Below are positions 1 to 10,331 of a DNA stretch of 64,000 bases, piece after piece (positions within the stretch are counted from its first letter, which is position 1; the number at the start of each line of letters is the position of its first letter). This stretch comes from an uncultured Candidatus Poseidoniales archaeon (GTDB taxonomy: Archaea > Thermoplasmatota > Poseidoniia > Poseidoniales > Poseidoniaceae), in the NCBI GenBank assembly GCA_964013535.1, contig CAXGWS010000003.1:36719-100718 (forward strand), read 5' to 3'. The notes under the pieces are model-generated. The model made no database searches. It was given only the letters and a program-made list of their open reading frames with translations, and had not been told where the DNA came from. A program made the position numbers and the translations under genes.

Positions 1-304
1 CCCGATGAATAATCGGTGTACCTTCATCTCCGTTTTTCTGATAAATAATTACATCACCTTCCATTCCGTGTGTTTCGTAGCCGTGATACTTATTGTCTCG
101 GTCACTGGCTTCTGCAAAAGTTACAATGTTATCGTAGGGTGTGTCCATTACTAAGATTAAGTCGCCAGCATCAATACTACCAATCTCTCCATTCGTTTCG
201 TGAATCATCGATGAGGATTCAACTACAACCAAAGGAGGCATAGTACCGGTGTGCGCCCACAAACCTAAGACGAGGAAAGCAATCATTGCTACCGCTAACA
301 TCAT
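1..304 (-). CDS. Signal peptidase I (archaeal Sec11/SPase I type). Partial: the N-terminal part lies in the window and the C-terminus runs off the left edge
   Basis: Reverse-complement translation from the ATG at 304-302 gives MMLAVAMIAFLVLGLWAHTG...VVVESSSMIHETNGEIGSIDAGDLILV. This has an N-terminal TM anchor, an SSSM catalytic-serine box and a GDLI(L)V box typical of type I signal peptidases. It is absent from the ORF track because it is open at the window edge. Confidence 0.5.
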   Translation of the reverse strand, partial: MMLAVAMIAFLVLGLWAHTGTMPPLVVVESSSMIHETNGEIGSIDAGDLILVMDTPYDNIVTFAEASDRDNKYHGYETHGMEGDVIIYQKNGDEGTPIIHR

Positions 305-352
305 CTCTCGTAGGAGATTACTCAACGGATTACTATCGCTCAACTTTTACCC

Positions 353-739
353 TCATTTGCGCTTTTTCAGGCCTTTTTCAACGAGAAAATCTTCCCACGC
401 AACAGCGTGACCAGCGCCGAGAATTTTTGCCGCTTCATCCCCTTCAGACTTGCGGCGCTTCAATTCAGAAGTCGAGTCAATCTGTTTTAGTTCGTCGAGT
501 AAATTGACATAGCCTCTAAGGTTGAGGAACTCTGGAGTTGCAACAATTAAGATGAGACTTGAAAGTACTATCATTCCTATTGCAGCACCGGTAAAATCAC
601 CCCACTCGGCATCGCTTTGCAGGAATAGTAGTTGGTATGCACTGGCCATTAATAAAACGCTGGAGGCACCAAATGCTGTTGCACTCAACATCAATTGTCT
701 GCCGTGCTGCTTGTCCCATAAATCGCCAAAGAACCCCAT
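353..739 (-). CDS. Hypothetical small membrane protein
   Basis: 128-aa ORF with two hydrophobic segments and a basic C-terminus; no recognisable motif. Confidence 0.3.
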   Translation of the reverse strand: MGFFGDLWDKQHGRQLMLSATAFGASSVLLMASAYQLLFLQSDAEWGDFTGAAIGMIVLSSLILIVATPEFLNLRGYVNLLDELKQIDSTSELKRRKSEGDEAAKILGAGHAVAWEDFLVEKGLKKRK

Positions 740-821
740 ATCATCACCATTGCTTGGTAGGTGGTATCATGTTTGAGTTCTTTGATGTTTTGTTTGGAAT
801 TTTTACTACAAATAATCAAAA

Positions 822-3800
822 GTGATTGGGGTAACCATACACCGCGGGGGTGGGGAGAGTATGTCTAGTGTATTTTCCCGACTTCATGAAAATTTGCAAA
901 AAGCGCTTGCTGCAAAGGGTTGGGAACCAACACCAATTCAAGAATCTGCCATCCCAGCAATAATTCAAGGTAACAATAGATTGTTGATTGCTCCTACCGG
1001 TTCAGGTAAGACATTGTCAGCCATTTTACCAATCCTGCACCGCTGTATCAGCGAAAACTGGGAACCATTATCAGTTCTCTACATAACTCCGCTCAGAGCA
1101 CTTAACAGAGATGTTGATCGTAGGCTGCAGGAAATTGCGGAGTCAGTCGGATTACGTGTTGGTTTGCGGCATGGTGATACTACTCAATCAGAGCGAGCAA
1201 AACAAGTTAGAAAGCCACCACACATTCTTGTGACAACTCCTGAAACCTTTCAATTGATGTTCACGGGAAAGAATCTGCGAGGGTTGTTAAAAACAGTTGA
1301 AGCAGTTATAGTCGACGAAGTTCACGATTTAGCGGCTAGCGAACGCGGTTGGCAGTTGTCGTTGGGTTTAGCAAGGCTTGAGGCTTTGTCGGGCAAAAAA
1401 GTACAGCGAGTAGGGTTGTCGGCCACCGTTGGTAATCCGCAGCAAGTAGCAAGCTGGCTTGCTGATGATGGTGAACCAATTATCGAAACCGGAAAGCGAG
1501 TTACTGAAATTGTTGTGGAAACGGAATTTCCCACTCCAGAAGATGAAACAGGAGGGATTGAATATGCCATCCCGTCTCGGGCTCATGCAATATTTCGAAA
1601 TGTTATCAAAATGATTCGTCAAGATGCACCATGCTTACTGTTTGTCAATAGTAGAAGTGATGCCGAGACAATTGCTAACAGGTTACAAAAGATGGCTCCT
1701 GACTTAGATATTGGAGTGCATCATGGCTCGCTTGCAACCAAGACTAGAGTTGAGATGGAAGAGGGTCTACGAACCGGTAAAATTTCTGGGTTAGTGTGTA
1801 CCTCAAGTCTTGAATTAGGCATTGATATTGGTCTAATTAATCGTATAATACAAATCAAGAGCCCTCGTTCAGTTGATCGTTTACTGCAAAGGGTTGGGAG
1901 AGCAGACCACCGTCTTGGTGGCATCGGCCGAGGCAATATTTTCGCTTGGGATTGTGATGAATTATCCGAGGCCACGGTCATTGCTAATAGAGCCATGCGA
2001 GGTGAATTAGAACCGGTAATTTGGCGTGATAATCCAAGAACTGTTGCGGTAAATCAACTAATACTGATGGCCCACTGTTTCAAGGCGGTACCAATAGATG
2101 ATGCTACGAAAATCATTAGCAATGCGCCCCAATTTAAGGATTGGAATCGTGACAATACAATTGATTTATTGGAGGTAATTGCCGATAATTGGTTGGTAAA
2201 ATACGTCGAGAATCCAATCGAATCGCCTTGGTATCGTTGGCCTACAGCAATTTATGAAGAGGCTAAACTGATGGCAGAAAATAAATTGGTAAATCTTCCT
2301 GACGAACGACCATTGTTCAAAACTCCCGATGCAGATATCGATGATAAATTGAAGAAAATAGAATTAAAATTACCTTCTAAGTATGCTAACGGATGGTTTT
2401 CAGTATCAGGCAGAACACGTGACTGGGTCAGTAAACACCTGTCAATGATTCCAGATAAACAATCATACAAAGTTAGGGATAGTGTTACCAGAAGAACCAT
2501 TGGTACGGTTGATGAGGCATTCGTTCTATCGCTCAATGATTCTGGTGAAGATGAAGATGGGGCAGTGAGACGATTTGTCATCGCTGGTCGCACCTGGATG
2601 ATAATTGATGCAGACCCAGAAAAGTCTGAACTATTGGTTGTCCCTGCATCAGACCAAGCAAAAGCACCGCAATGGGTTGGTGAATTGCCACCTGTGCCCG
2701 CAGATGTCGCAAGAGAGATTGGCAAATTGAGAGAATTGGTAGCCGAAGATTTAGGCTTGATTTCTGTCGACAAATTAGACTCTGTTGATCGATTTAACTT
2801 ACTATCATCATCTAATTTAACGCTCACTGACTACCCGATAAATGAGCATGGACTTGGAATGCTGAGCGAGGAAATCGGCGAACACATGGAAGCATCGGGA
2901 GTTATTCCTACGGATAGTAGAATTACCATTGAGGCAAGGAATGATGCAATAATCATCAATTCCTGTCACGGTACCAAGATTAACGAGACGCTCGGTCACC
3001 TACTACTCGCCATGGCCTCGACTAAATCCGGCAGTTGGGGGCGATTAATCATAGAATCAACAAGAATTGGGATTCAAGCCTCGGGTATATCTCCTGAAGA
3101 TTTAGTAGGTTGGCTGAATGAAACGCCACCTGATGCTTTGGAGGGTGTACTAAGCGTAACTCTGCCCAATTCTCGACAGTTAAGGTGGCGATTTGCTGAA
3201 GTTGGCAAGACTTTCGGAATAATTAGGCATGGGGTAGATCCGAGAAGAATAAATCTCCAAGCCTTAATTCGCAAATACCGTGGTACAGTGGTATTGAGAG
3301 AGGTATTGGATAAATTATTTTTTGAGAAAATGGATATTCAAGGGGCGTCTGATGTGTTATCCGCGATTCAAGAGGGAGTGATAGCGATTGAAATTGCTGC
3401 AGCTGGACCAATTGGTCTGTCAAGACGGTCAAGCAAAGATTTGTTATTACCAAATTGGGATAATGCTGCTGTTAGGGAACGACTCAAATTACGGTTAGAG
3501 AACGAACGAGCAGTACTGTGCTGTTTGAAGTGCAAAAGCATCAGGCGATTTAGAGTTGCAAGGTATAATGAGATTGCTGATATTGGTATTTGTCTAAAAT
3601 GTAATGGTAGGATGCAGGCCTGTGCGAGGGAAGGATTGCTTTCGATGTTGCAGGATTGGGTTGCATCGGATGAAGATTCCGACCGAATTAGGATGATAAA
3701 AAATGCAGAAATGGTACAGAATAGAGGGCAGGAGGCAATCATGTGCTTGATGGGTCGAGGTATTGGTGAAGCGACGGCACAGAGAATCCTGCGCAAGGTT

Positions 3801-3884
3801 CCTCGAAATAATCGAGATGGCCTACTTAGAGCAATTCACTTAGCGGAAATAGAATACGCTCGAACCCGAAGGTTTTGGGGTTAA
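822..3884 (+). CDS. lhr: Lhr-type large ATP-dependent helicase (DEAD/DEAH superfamily 2)
   Basis: 1020 aa. Walker [13 protein letters not shown] box, helicase C motifs, and a C-terminal Cys cluster (CCLKCKS...CLKCNG) as in Lhr-core helicases. Alternative start at M14 (about 861). Confidence 0.85.
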   Translation: MIGVTIHRGGGESMSSVFSRLHENLQKALAAKGWEPTPIQESAIPAIIQGNNRLLIAPTGSGKTLSAILPILHRCISENWEPLSVLYITPLRALNRDVDRRLQEIAESVGLRVGLRHGDTTQSERAKQVRKPPHILVTTPETFQLMFTGKNLRGLLKTVEAVIVDEVHDLAASERGWQLSLGLARLEALSGKKVQRVGLSATVGNPQQVASWLADDGEPIIETGKRVTEIVVETEFPTPEDETGGIEYAIPSRAHAIFRNVIKMIRQDAPCLLFVNSRSDAETIANRLQKMAPDLDIGVHHGSLATKTRVEMEEGLRTGKISGLVCTSSLELGIDIGLINRIIQIKSPRSVDRLLQRVGRADHRLGGIGRGNIFAWDCDELSEATVIANRAMRGELEPVIWRDNPRTVAVNQLILMAHCFKAVPIDDATKIISNAPQFKDWNRDNTIDLLEVIADNWLVKYVENPIESPWYRWPTAIYEEAKLMAENKLVNLPDERPLFKTPDADIDDKLKKIELKLPSKYANGWFSVSGRTRDWVSKHLSMIPDKQSYKVRDSVTRRTIGTVDEAFVLSLNDSGEDEDGAVRRFVIAGRTWMIIDADPEKSELLVVPASDQAKAPQWVGELPPVPADVAREIGKLRELVAEDLGLISVDKLDSVDRFNLLSSSNLTLTDYPINEHGLGMLSEEIGEHMEASGVIPTDSRITIEARNDAIIINSCHGTKINETLGHLLLAMASTKSGSWGRLIIESTRIGIQASGISPEDLVGWLNETPPDALEGVLSVTLPNSRQLRWRFAEVGKTFGIIRHGVDPRRINLQALIRKYRGTVVLREVLDKLFFEKMDIQGASDVLSAIQEGVIAIEIAAAGPIGLSRRSSKDLLLPNWDNAAVRERLKLRLENERAVLCCLKCKSIRRFRVARYNEIADIGICLKCNGRMQACAREGLLSMLQDWVASDEDSDRIRMIKNAEMVQNRGQEAIMCLMGRGIGEATAQRILRKVPRNNRDGLLRAIHLAEIEYARTRRFWG

Positions 3885-4951
3885 TTTGCCGTATCTTGCA
3901 AATTGATTAGTTCGGCAGCCTGTACAACATCACCCTCTTCCCACCAATCAACTGCAATAAACGTCGGTCGTTTTCCGTGCTCTTGCCAACATTCATTGGC
4001 CCTTGCAACGAGAAATTCAACGTCATTTGCTTCTCCAGCCTGGGTTGGGTCTGCTAATCCAACTTGATTGCTCAACCAATTATTCATGTGAAATACTTGC
4101 TGATTCCCGTCACCTCTATGCACATCACAGTTCATTTCAGCAGTGCTCTTTTCACCATAATTCGTTGTCCAACTGTGGCTTAGAAAGTCGTGAATCCATG
4201 GGTGTCGTTCATCATCGCCCTGTTCCCAGAATACAACTAAATTAGTTTGATTATCTATCATACTCTGCAAAGTTGGCCATGGCTGATTGACGGTGTGCAT
4301 GAAGACTCTATCCATTAAGCCTGAATCAATGAACACCTGCTCAAGATGTTCAGGCGATACATAATTTTCGACTAATACTGTTACCACATCTTGAGGATTG
4401 TCACTCATTTTTTCCTCAAGATTAGTTAGCCAATCAACTGCGCTTACATTGCCGTACACGCACGGGCTGAATCCACGGTCATCACTGCCGTGACAAAGTT
4501 TCACCCCTGACAAGGTTTTGTCATTTAGGTTATCATAATGTGTGTCGATCATGAATGCTCGCATACCTGCTTGCCATTGAGCGTTGAAGCCAGTTCGATG
4601 GTTACTTGCCGGATAGTAGATTCCATCATCTTCAGTCGCAAATGCATTGTGCGTCTCTGGGAAGGTAACATTGTCATAAGTACGTAAGCATAGTATCAAC
4701 ATTCCATTGCATGGTTCAGTTGGTTCTGGCTCCGGCTCCGGCTCGGGTTCCGGCTCCGGTTCTGGTTCCGGCTCTGGCTCCGGCTCTGGTTCCGGCTCTG
4801 GTTCCGGCTCCGGTTCTGGTTCCGGCTCCGAGCCATTATTTTGGTCTTCGACATTATCTTCTTGGTTATCTCCCAACGGGTCAAGCGGGTCTATACAACC
4901 GGAAAATAATAACAAAGCGGATATTATTAGCGTAATACCAACTCTGCTCAT
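3881..4951 (-). CDS. Secreted lipoprotein with an (EP)21 linker and a PLC-like phosphodiesterase (PI-PLC X-domain-like) catalytic domain
   Basis: N-terminal signal peptide ending in a lipobox-like LFSGC, then 21 EP dipeptides. The domain carries [17 protein letters not shown] and VKLCHGS, which resemble the PGTHDS / RIFDIRGR / LHHGP catalytic boxes of bacterial phosphatidylinositol-specific phospholipase C. Confidence 0.5.
   Translation of the reverse strand: MSRVGITLIISALLLFSGCIDPLDPLGDNQEDNVEDQNNGSEPEPEPEPEPEPEPEPEPEPEPEPEPEPEPEPEPEPTEPCNGMLILCLRTYDNVTFPETHNAFATEDDGIYYPASNHRTGFNAQWQAGMRAFMIDTHYDNLNDKTLSGVKLCHGSDDRGFSPCVYGNVSAVDWLTNLEEKMSDNPQDVVTVLVENYVSPEHLEQVFIDSGLMDRVFMHTVNQPWPTLQSMIDNQTNLVVFWEQGDDERHPWIHDFLSHSWTTNYGEKSTAEMNCDVHRGDGNQQVFHMNNWLSNQVGLADPTQAGEANDVEFLVARANECWQEHGKRPTFIAVDWWEEGDVVQAAELINLQDTAN
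4703..4828. repeat. Tandem hexanucleotide repeat (GARCCN)x21 encoding the EP linker of the lipoprotein
   Basis: Directly visible: ccggctccggttctggttccggctc... repeated. The plus-strand frames give the shadow ORFs (GS)n and (AP/VP)n. Confidence 0.9.
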
Positions 4952-5001
4952 GGCGGTCCCTGTAAGTTAACATCAATCAAATTCTCGGTCAAATTCGAGA
5001 C

Positions 5002-5448
5002 TCAGATACTTCTTACTTCAACACCGGCTTCTCTCAACATTTCATTAGAGATGGTGAAATCTTCTTGCCATCGCTCCGGAATTTTGCCAGCATCCGGATA
5101 TACTACCTCTTTGATTCCGGCCTGAATCAATGACCTAGCACACCTAGAACATGGTGGCCATGTCACATACGCAGTGCTGTTTTTCAGTGAAACACCGATT
5201 CTTGCAGCATGCATTATGGCGTTTTCTTCGGCGTGGCAAATTAGTGGATATTTCTTCTCTCGATTTGTCAATCTATCCTCATCATCATCAATGCCTCGAG
5301 GGAATCCATTGAATCCCGTTGAGCGAATTTCTCTGTCCTCTCCAACAACTACACAACCAACTTTAGTCGAGGGGTCTTTGCTCCACAAAGAGATGTGCTT
5401 AGCAAGTTCAATGAACCTAAAATCCCACTTATTGCTCATCCGGACCAA
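5002..5448 (-). CDS. dCMP deaminase (cytidine/deoxycytidylate deaminase family)
   Basis: Zinc-binding motifs HAEENA and PCSRCA; about 148 aa. Confidence 0.75.
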   Translation of the reverse strand: MVRMSNKWDFRFIELAKHISLWSKDPSTKVGCVVVGEDREIRSTGFNGFPRGIDDDEDRLTNREKKYPLICHAEENAIMHAARIGVSLKNSTAYVTWPPCSRCARSLIQAGIKEVVYPDAGKIPERWQEDFTISNEMLREAGVEVRSI

Positions 5449-5471
5449 ATGCCCCTAAACAACTCTAAATT

Positions 5472-6755
5472 TCATTGCTTCGGCAATAAACTTAGGTCGT
5501 TATCGGAGTTTTTACCCAGATAATTTAGTATATTTCCTTGAAGATAAAGCGAACCAATCGACAGTATTGTGCCAGCATTATGTGCATCGACAGATAGGAT
5601 TCTATCTAAAGCAGCATCTACTTTTTCAAAGATGTGTACATTACAATTTTTCCAATTATAATCATTCAAATCATTTGGTTCAATTCCGGGATATCTCCCT
5701 CCCTGAGGTTTAGTAAGGTATAATTCAACACTTTCGAAATTCGAAAAGAGATCATTTACCAAATCAAGCATAACTTCGAGCTCTTGTTGCGGCGAGGTCC
5801 CGAAAATCACAGTAATTTTATCTCGGTCATCTCCACGTTTGGCTAATTCAACCAACTGTTCTTTGACACGTCTAATGCCTGATGGGTTATGTGCTGCATC
5901 GAGAATTAATCTATGACCTGAATCCAGTTTAATCTCTTGCAAACGAGCGGGCCAATTCATTCCGATTTTGGCTGACTCAATCATCGACTGGTCAATATCC
6001 AAAGTGGCAAATATTTGTTTTGCGATTTGCGCCGCTTCACTTAGCACATCAGTATTGGAATCAATCTCAACAAATGTGCAAGGAACGTCTTGCTGACGCT
6101 CACCCAATTTCGTATTTGCACTTTCTCGCGTGTAATTTACGACCGTATTTTCATAATTTTTTATTGGCATCTTTCTAGCAATCAATGGTTTTCCGGGCCT
6201 TGCAATTGCTGCTTTTTCTCGAATGATTTGGTAAATATCTTCACCAAGGATATCAGTGTGTTCTTCAGTAATTGCTGTTAACACCGCTAAGTCTGCGGGA
6301 GCACATCTTGTCGCATCTAATCTTCCCCCAAGGCCGGTTTCGAGAATCAAGTATCTGGGTTGCAAGTCCGCCGCAATCACCATGGCTGTCAAGAAGGTCG
6401 TTTCAAAGAATGTAGGATTAATTGACAGCTGTTTAGCAGTGTCCCTCACAGTGTTTAGAGCACCGTCGAACTGGTTAGGACTGACAGGAACACCGTTCAC
6501 CCTTACTCGTTCTTCAATTCGGCATAGATGCGGTGATGAAAAGAAAATATTGGAATCACCGTTGAGAGTTATTGATGTTGCAAGCAGTGAACACAGGGTG
6601 CCTTTGCCGTTACTACCAGCGACATGAATAACAGTTGTATCATCTAATTTGATGTCTAATGATGATAATATTGCGCGAGTATTTCCAAGACCGAGTGCCA
6701 TACCGCTGGATTTGGTTGATTCCAACCACTCTCGATTTGACAACTGACTTGCCAC
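5472..6755 (-). CDS. folC: Folylpolyglutamate synthase / dihydrofolate synthase (Mur ligase family)
   Basis: P-loop AGSNGKGT and a Mur-ligase central domain (ETGLGGRLDAT); 427 aa. Confidence 0.75.
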   Translation of the reverse strand: MASQLSNREWLESTKSSGMALGLGNTRAILSSLDIKLDDTTVIHVAGSNGKGTLCSLLATSITLNGDSNIFFSSPHLCRIEERVRVNGVPVSPNQFDGALNTVRDTAKQLSINPTFFETTFLTAMVIAADLQPRYLILETGLGGRLDATRCAPADLAVLTAITEEHTDILGEDIYQIIREKAAIARPGKPLIARKMPIKNYENTVVNYTRESANTKLGERQQDVPCTFVEIDSNTDVLSEAAQIAKQIFATLDIDQSMIESAKIGMNWPARLQEIKLDSGHRLILDAAHNPSGIRRVKEQLVELAKRGDDRDKITVIFGTSPQQELEVMLDLVNDLFSNFESVELYLTKPQGGRYPGIEPNDLNDYNWKNCNVHIFEKVDAALDRILSVDAHNAGTILSIGSLYLQGNILNYLGKNSDNDLSLLPKQ

Positions 6756-6855
6756 ACTCAGCCCAAATGTCGATACGGCATAATTCTTAGTGATATGATT
6801 TAACTAATTAAAATAAAAGCGATTCACTCAAAAGATAGAGCATCCACGCCAAAAC

Positions 6856-9030
6856 ATGAGCGAAGCAGACATCCCAGATTCTGGTCCGAGCACTGCTTCT
6901 CAAGAATTTGCCATGGTCGAGCAACAACTAGCGCAAGAAACCAGTGTTTTTGCATTGATGAAAGAACAGATGACTTCCATGTTTGGTATGGTTTCGATGT
7001 TCGTTTTGACCATCCTTCTCGCGTTGTTTATTCGGCCATGGTATGATGTTGCGGAACTACACGCATTTGGCGAATCAGGTGCAACACAGTTTAGATTTAT
7101 TCTTCTTGAATTGATCATGATTTTCATCTTCACAGCGGTCGTGATTGCGTTAGCAAGATACAAGAAAGAGTGGGTAATAAAATACGGAATCATGGGAGTA
7201 TTGACCATTGCTCTAATGTATACTACAGTTCCGTTGATGCATATGTTAGTAATCGACTTTGATGTTGAAGACTTTGAATATGAAACCACATCAACATACT
7301 CTGGAGAATATGTTGCAGATATGGGTATGGATGGATTCCTGACTCATGAATTGACTGGCAATGCCACTAATTGGCAAGATTCTATTGCGTTCTACAGCCC
7401 AGAGTCATTGCACGCAGGTGAAGCTGCATGGATTTCGAATTTTAGCAGATTACCTGCCGGAGATTTTGAAAACCTTAGAATTGTGAAATCGGAAGGTTAC
7501 CTCACCATCACCAATACTGCATGGATGTGGACTGTCAATACTGCAACCGGGGCCATTGAGAATGTCTTTGAATGTAATTACTTTGACGGTCAAGGAAATC
7601 TGCAGTTGGGCATGCCTAACGGTTACAGTTGTGACATGGCCGTAATGGCACAGAACGGGGTTTACATCTTTTCGAATAGCGGCGAAGTAACTTATCACGT
7701 AATCAGCGAAAATACCGGTGCATTGTTGGCGCCACAAGCCCAGTGGGTCTTGCCAAGTTACATCAATTACGGAGACGGCTTCATTGAAGCCATACATTTT
7801 GCTGATGACCGCCTACTGCTGGTAACCGAAAAAACCGCCATGGTTATGGCACTTAAGACTAGCAAGGTATCTCTGACAGCCGAAGAGATGCCAATCGAAT
7901 TTGAGCACTATACAGAAGCCGGTTTAACCTCTGCAGACTTCGGACATTCACCGTGGTCAACCGAGAAAATAAGCGATAACAACGGCATGAGTGGTTTACT
8001 AATTGTCGGTGAGGCAAACGGTAACGTTACGGGTTGGGAATGGAATGGAACAAAATCAGATACAAACCAATTTTCTTTGCAGGAAAAGATGAAAATTAAT
8101 GGATTGGTTGACACAGTAAAGCAGGTACAAATCACCGACTTGGGCAACTCAGGATACTCTGACCTACTGGTTTCAGACAACGAAAATTCCTTTTGGTTAT
8201 ACTCTAGCTTACTGAAGAACCGAGCAACATTTAGCGTTGCGGACGATTTCTTGCAAGGAGTGTTTCTAAGCAATGGATCAGAGGATTACTATTATGCGGT
8301 TTCAGCATCTTCGATTGATAGTGGCATTATTGAAGACAACATGTACACTTTAGACGGCTTACAATTGTACAATGTTCCTTTCTGGGCAGGTGTGATATTG
8401 GGATTGCTGCTAATGATTCTCCTTTACTTCCACAGTGAGTGGTATGTGGTGAATACAGTTGGAGTTCTTGTCGGTTCAGGGGTTATTGTTATGCTGGGCG
8501 TGGCATTTGTCCCAGGATTGATTATGATTTTCATGATATTAGCCGCTATTTATGATGCTTGGGCGGTTTACCGCTCGAAACACATGTTAGAATTAGCAGA
8601 CACCATGATTGGCCTTCAGTTGCCAATTCTATTGGTGGCACCACAGGATAAAGGCTACTCATTCAAGGATGAGAAGACCAAGATGGTCGACAAACCACAG
8701 ATTGCTCACTCTTCACCTCCGGTAAACGCTTCAAAGGTAGTTAAGAAGAAGAATAGTGAAGCGTTGTTTATGGGTCTTGGTGATATCATTTTCCCCGGTA
8801 TGTTGGTATTGTCTGCCGTACAGTGGCTGGATAGTGACAGTGCTTTTGCGATTGCTATGTTTGCATTGGCAGGGTCCTTGTTGGGCTATCTTGCACTGAT
8901 GAGTTATGTTGCCAGGGGTCGGGCACAAGCAGGATTGCCACTATTAAACGGTGGAGCGATCTTGGGCTATTTGATTGGCGGATTAATCTTCATGGGCACT
9001 GAAATTTTCAATCTTGGTATTTCGTTTTAG
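6856..9030 (+). CDS. Signal peptide peptidase / presenilin-like GxGD intramembrane aspartyl protease (A22 family) with a large insertion between TM3 and TM4
   Basis: Nine predicted TM segments. AAIYDAWAVY (YD motif, compare SPP LYDVFWVF), FMGLGDIIFPG (GxGD motif, compare SPP GLGDIVIPG) and a C-terminal QAGLPLL (PAL-like). A soluble region of about 370 aa (roughly nt 7258-8356) sits between the third and fourth TM. Confidence 0.55.
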   Translation: MSEADIPDSGPSTASQEFAMVEQQLAQETSVFALMKEQMTSMFGMVSMFVLTILLALFIRPWYDVAELHAFGESGATQFRFILLELIMIFIFTAVVIALARYKKEWVIKYGIMGVLTIALMYTTVPLMHMLVIDFDVEDFEYETTSTYSGEYVADMGMDGFLTHELTGNATNWQDSIAFYSPESLHAGEAAWISNFSRLPAGDFENLRIVKSEGYLTITNTAWMWTVNTATGAIENVFECNYFDGQGNLQLGMPNGYSCDMAVMAQNGVYIFSNSGEVTYHVISENTGALLAPQAQWVLPSYINYGDGFIEAIHFADDRLLLVTEKTAMVMALKTSKVSLTAEEMPIEFEHYTEAGLTSADFGHSPWSTEKISDNNGMSGLLIVGEANGNVTGWEWNGTKSDTNQFSLQEKMKINGLVDTVKQVQITDLGNSGYSDLLVSDNENSFWLYSSLLKNRATFSVADDFLQGVFLSNGSEDYYYAVSASSIDSGIIEDNMYTLDGLQLYNVPFWAGVILGLLLMILLYFHSEWYVVNTVGVLVGSGVIVMLGVAFVPGLIMIFMILAAIYDAWAVYRSKHMLELADTMIGLQLPILLVAPQDKGYSFKDEKTKMVDKPQIAHSSPPVNASKVVKKKNSEALFMGLGDIIFPGMLVLSAVQWLDSDSAFAIAMFALAGSLLGYLALMSYVARGRAQAGLPLLNGGAILGYLIGGLIFMGTEIFNLGISF

Positions 9031-9038
9031 GTGATTAA

Positions 9039-10331
9039 ATGTTAGATATTCACATGTTCAGGGATAATCAAGCACAAATTCGTGCTGATCACGACAAGCG
9101 TGGCATTTCCCATGACAAGATAGATGAGGTTCTAAAGTACGATAAAATGTGGTTGAACCTACAGCACGATACCAATCAACTTAGGCAAAAGAAAAATATT
9201 GCAGCCAGGGGTATTAGCGAAGCAAAAAAATCTGGCGATGAAGCAAAAGCACAAGCAATTTTGGCGGAAGTAGCCTCACTAGGTGCTGAGATATCTCGGC
9301 TTGAGGCTGAGACCCAAGCTGCAAAAGAACAACGCGATACAATACGTATGTCAATCCCTAATATCCTACATCCAGATGTTCCTGAAGGTGACGATGAATC
9401 TGGTAATACCGTACACAGCGTCTATGGGGAAAAACCTGAATTTGATTTTGAGCCTAGAACTCACAACGAACTTATCGAGATGAACAAATGGGTCGATTTG
9501 AAGCGAGCGGCTAAGATTGTAGGTAGTAGGTTTTTCTTCCTCAAAGGAGATTTAGCGCGATTAGAATTAGCGCTACAAAATTATGCGGTCGATTTCATTG
9601 GTAACAGAGGCTATACATTTGTCCAGCCACCGGTTATGATGAATCGTCAGGCGTATGAGGGAGTTACCGACCTAGGTGACTTTGAAACTGTAATGTATGG
9701 TATTGAACCAGATAAATATTACATGATTGCAACATCCGAACACCCACTTACGGCCATGTATATGGGCGAGACCATTCCAGAAGACCAGTTGCCCTTGAGA
9801 ATCGTTGGAGTTTCGCCCTGCTTCAGGCGAGAAGTCGGCTCCCATGGTCAGTCTGATTTGGGAATTTGGCGGGTACACCAATTTACCAAGATTGAACAAA
9901 TCGTCATTGCAAAACCTGATGATTCATGGTCGATTCATGAAGAGTTGTTGAAAAACTGCGTAGATTTGTGGAATGAATTGGGACTGCATTACGAGGTTGT
10001 CAACATTTGTACCGGTGACATGGGGACTGTTGCTGCCAAAAAATATGACTTAGAGGCTTGGTTGCCTGGAGCAGGACAATACAAGGAAATTGTCTCATGT
10101 TCAAATTGCACTGACTACCAAGCCAATCGTTTGCAAATAAAATACGGTCAGCCAGGCCATGCTAATCAACCGATAGTCCACACGCTCAACTCTACCGCAG
10201 TTGCAACCTCAAGGGCTTTAGTAGCAATCATTGAACAAAACCAACTGGCGGATGGTAGAGTGAAAATACCCGAAGTTCTCGTGCCGCTTATGGGCGGGCA
10301 GACTATCTTAGAACCATGTCAGTGGGGCTAA
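9039..10331 (+). CDS. serS: Seryl-tRNA synthetase
   Basis: N-terminal coiled-coil tRNA-binding arm, class II aaRS motifs and a C-terminal catalytic core; 430 aa. Confidence 0.85.
   Translation: MLDIHMFRDNQAQIRADHDKRGISHDKIDEVLKYDKMWLNLQHDTNQLRQKKNIAARGISEAKKSGDEAKAQAILAEVASLGAEISRLEAETQAAKEQRDTIRMSIPNILHPDVPEGDDESGNTVHSVYGEKPEFDFEPRTHNELIEMNKWVDLKRAAKIVGSRFFFLKGDLARLELALQNYAVDFIGNRGYTFVQPPVMMNRQAYEGVTDLGDFETVMYGIEPDKYYMIATSEHPLTAMYMGETIPEDQLPLRIVGVSPCFRREVGSHGQSDLGIWRVHQFTKIEQIVIAKPDDSWSIHEELLKNCVDLWNELGLHYEVVNICTGDMGTVAAKKYDLEAWLPGAGQYKEIVSCSNCTDYQANRLQIKYGQPGHANQPIVHTLNSTAVATSRALVAIIEQNQLADGRVKIPEVLVPLMGGQTILEPCQWG

Noticed and set aside
1322-3796. Multiple minus-strand ORFs (82-191 aa) inside the lhr helicase gene
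   Set aside because: They lie entirely antisense to a long, motif-rich CDS and are low-complexity (Ser/Thr/Pro-rich). They are typical shadow ORFs
4707-4970. Plus-strand ORFs translating to (GS)n and (AP/VP)n
   Set aside because: They are artefacts of reading the EP-encoding hexanucleotide repeat in other frames and on the other strand
10328-10331. A 4-nt overlap between the serS stop and the 3' end of the convergent membrane-protein gene
   Set aside because: It is a trivial convergent overlap sharing a stop region, not a programmed frameshift or fusion
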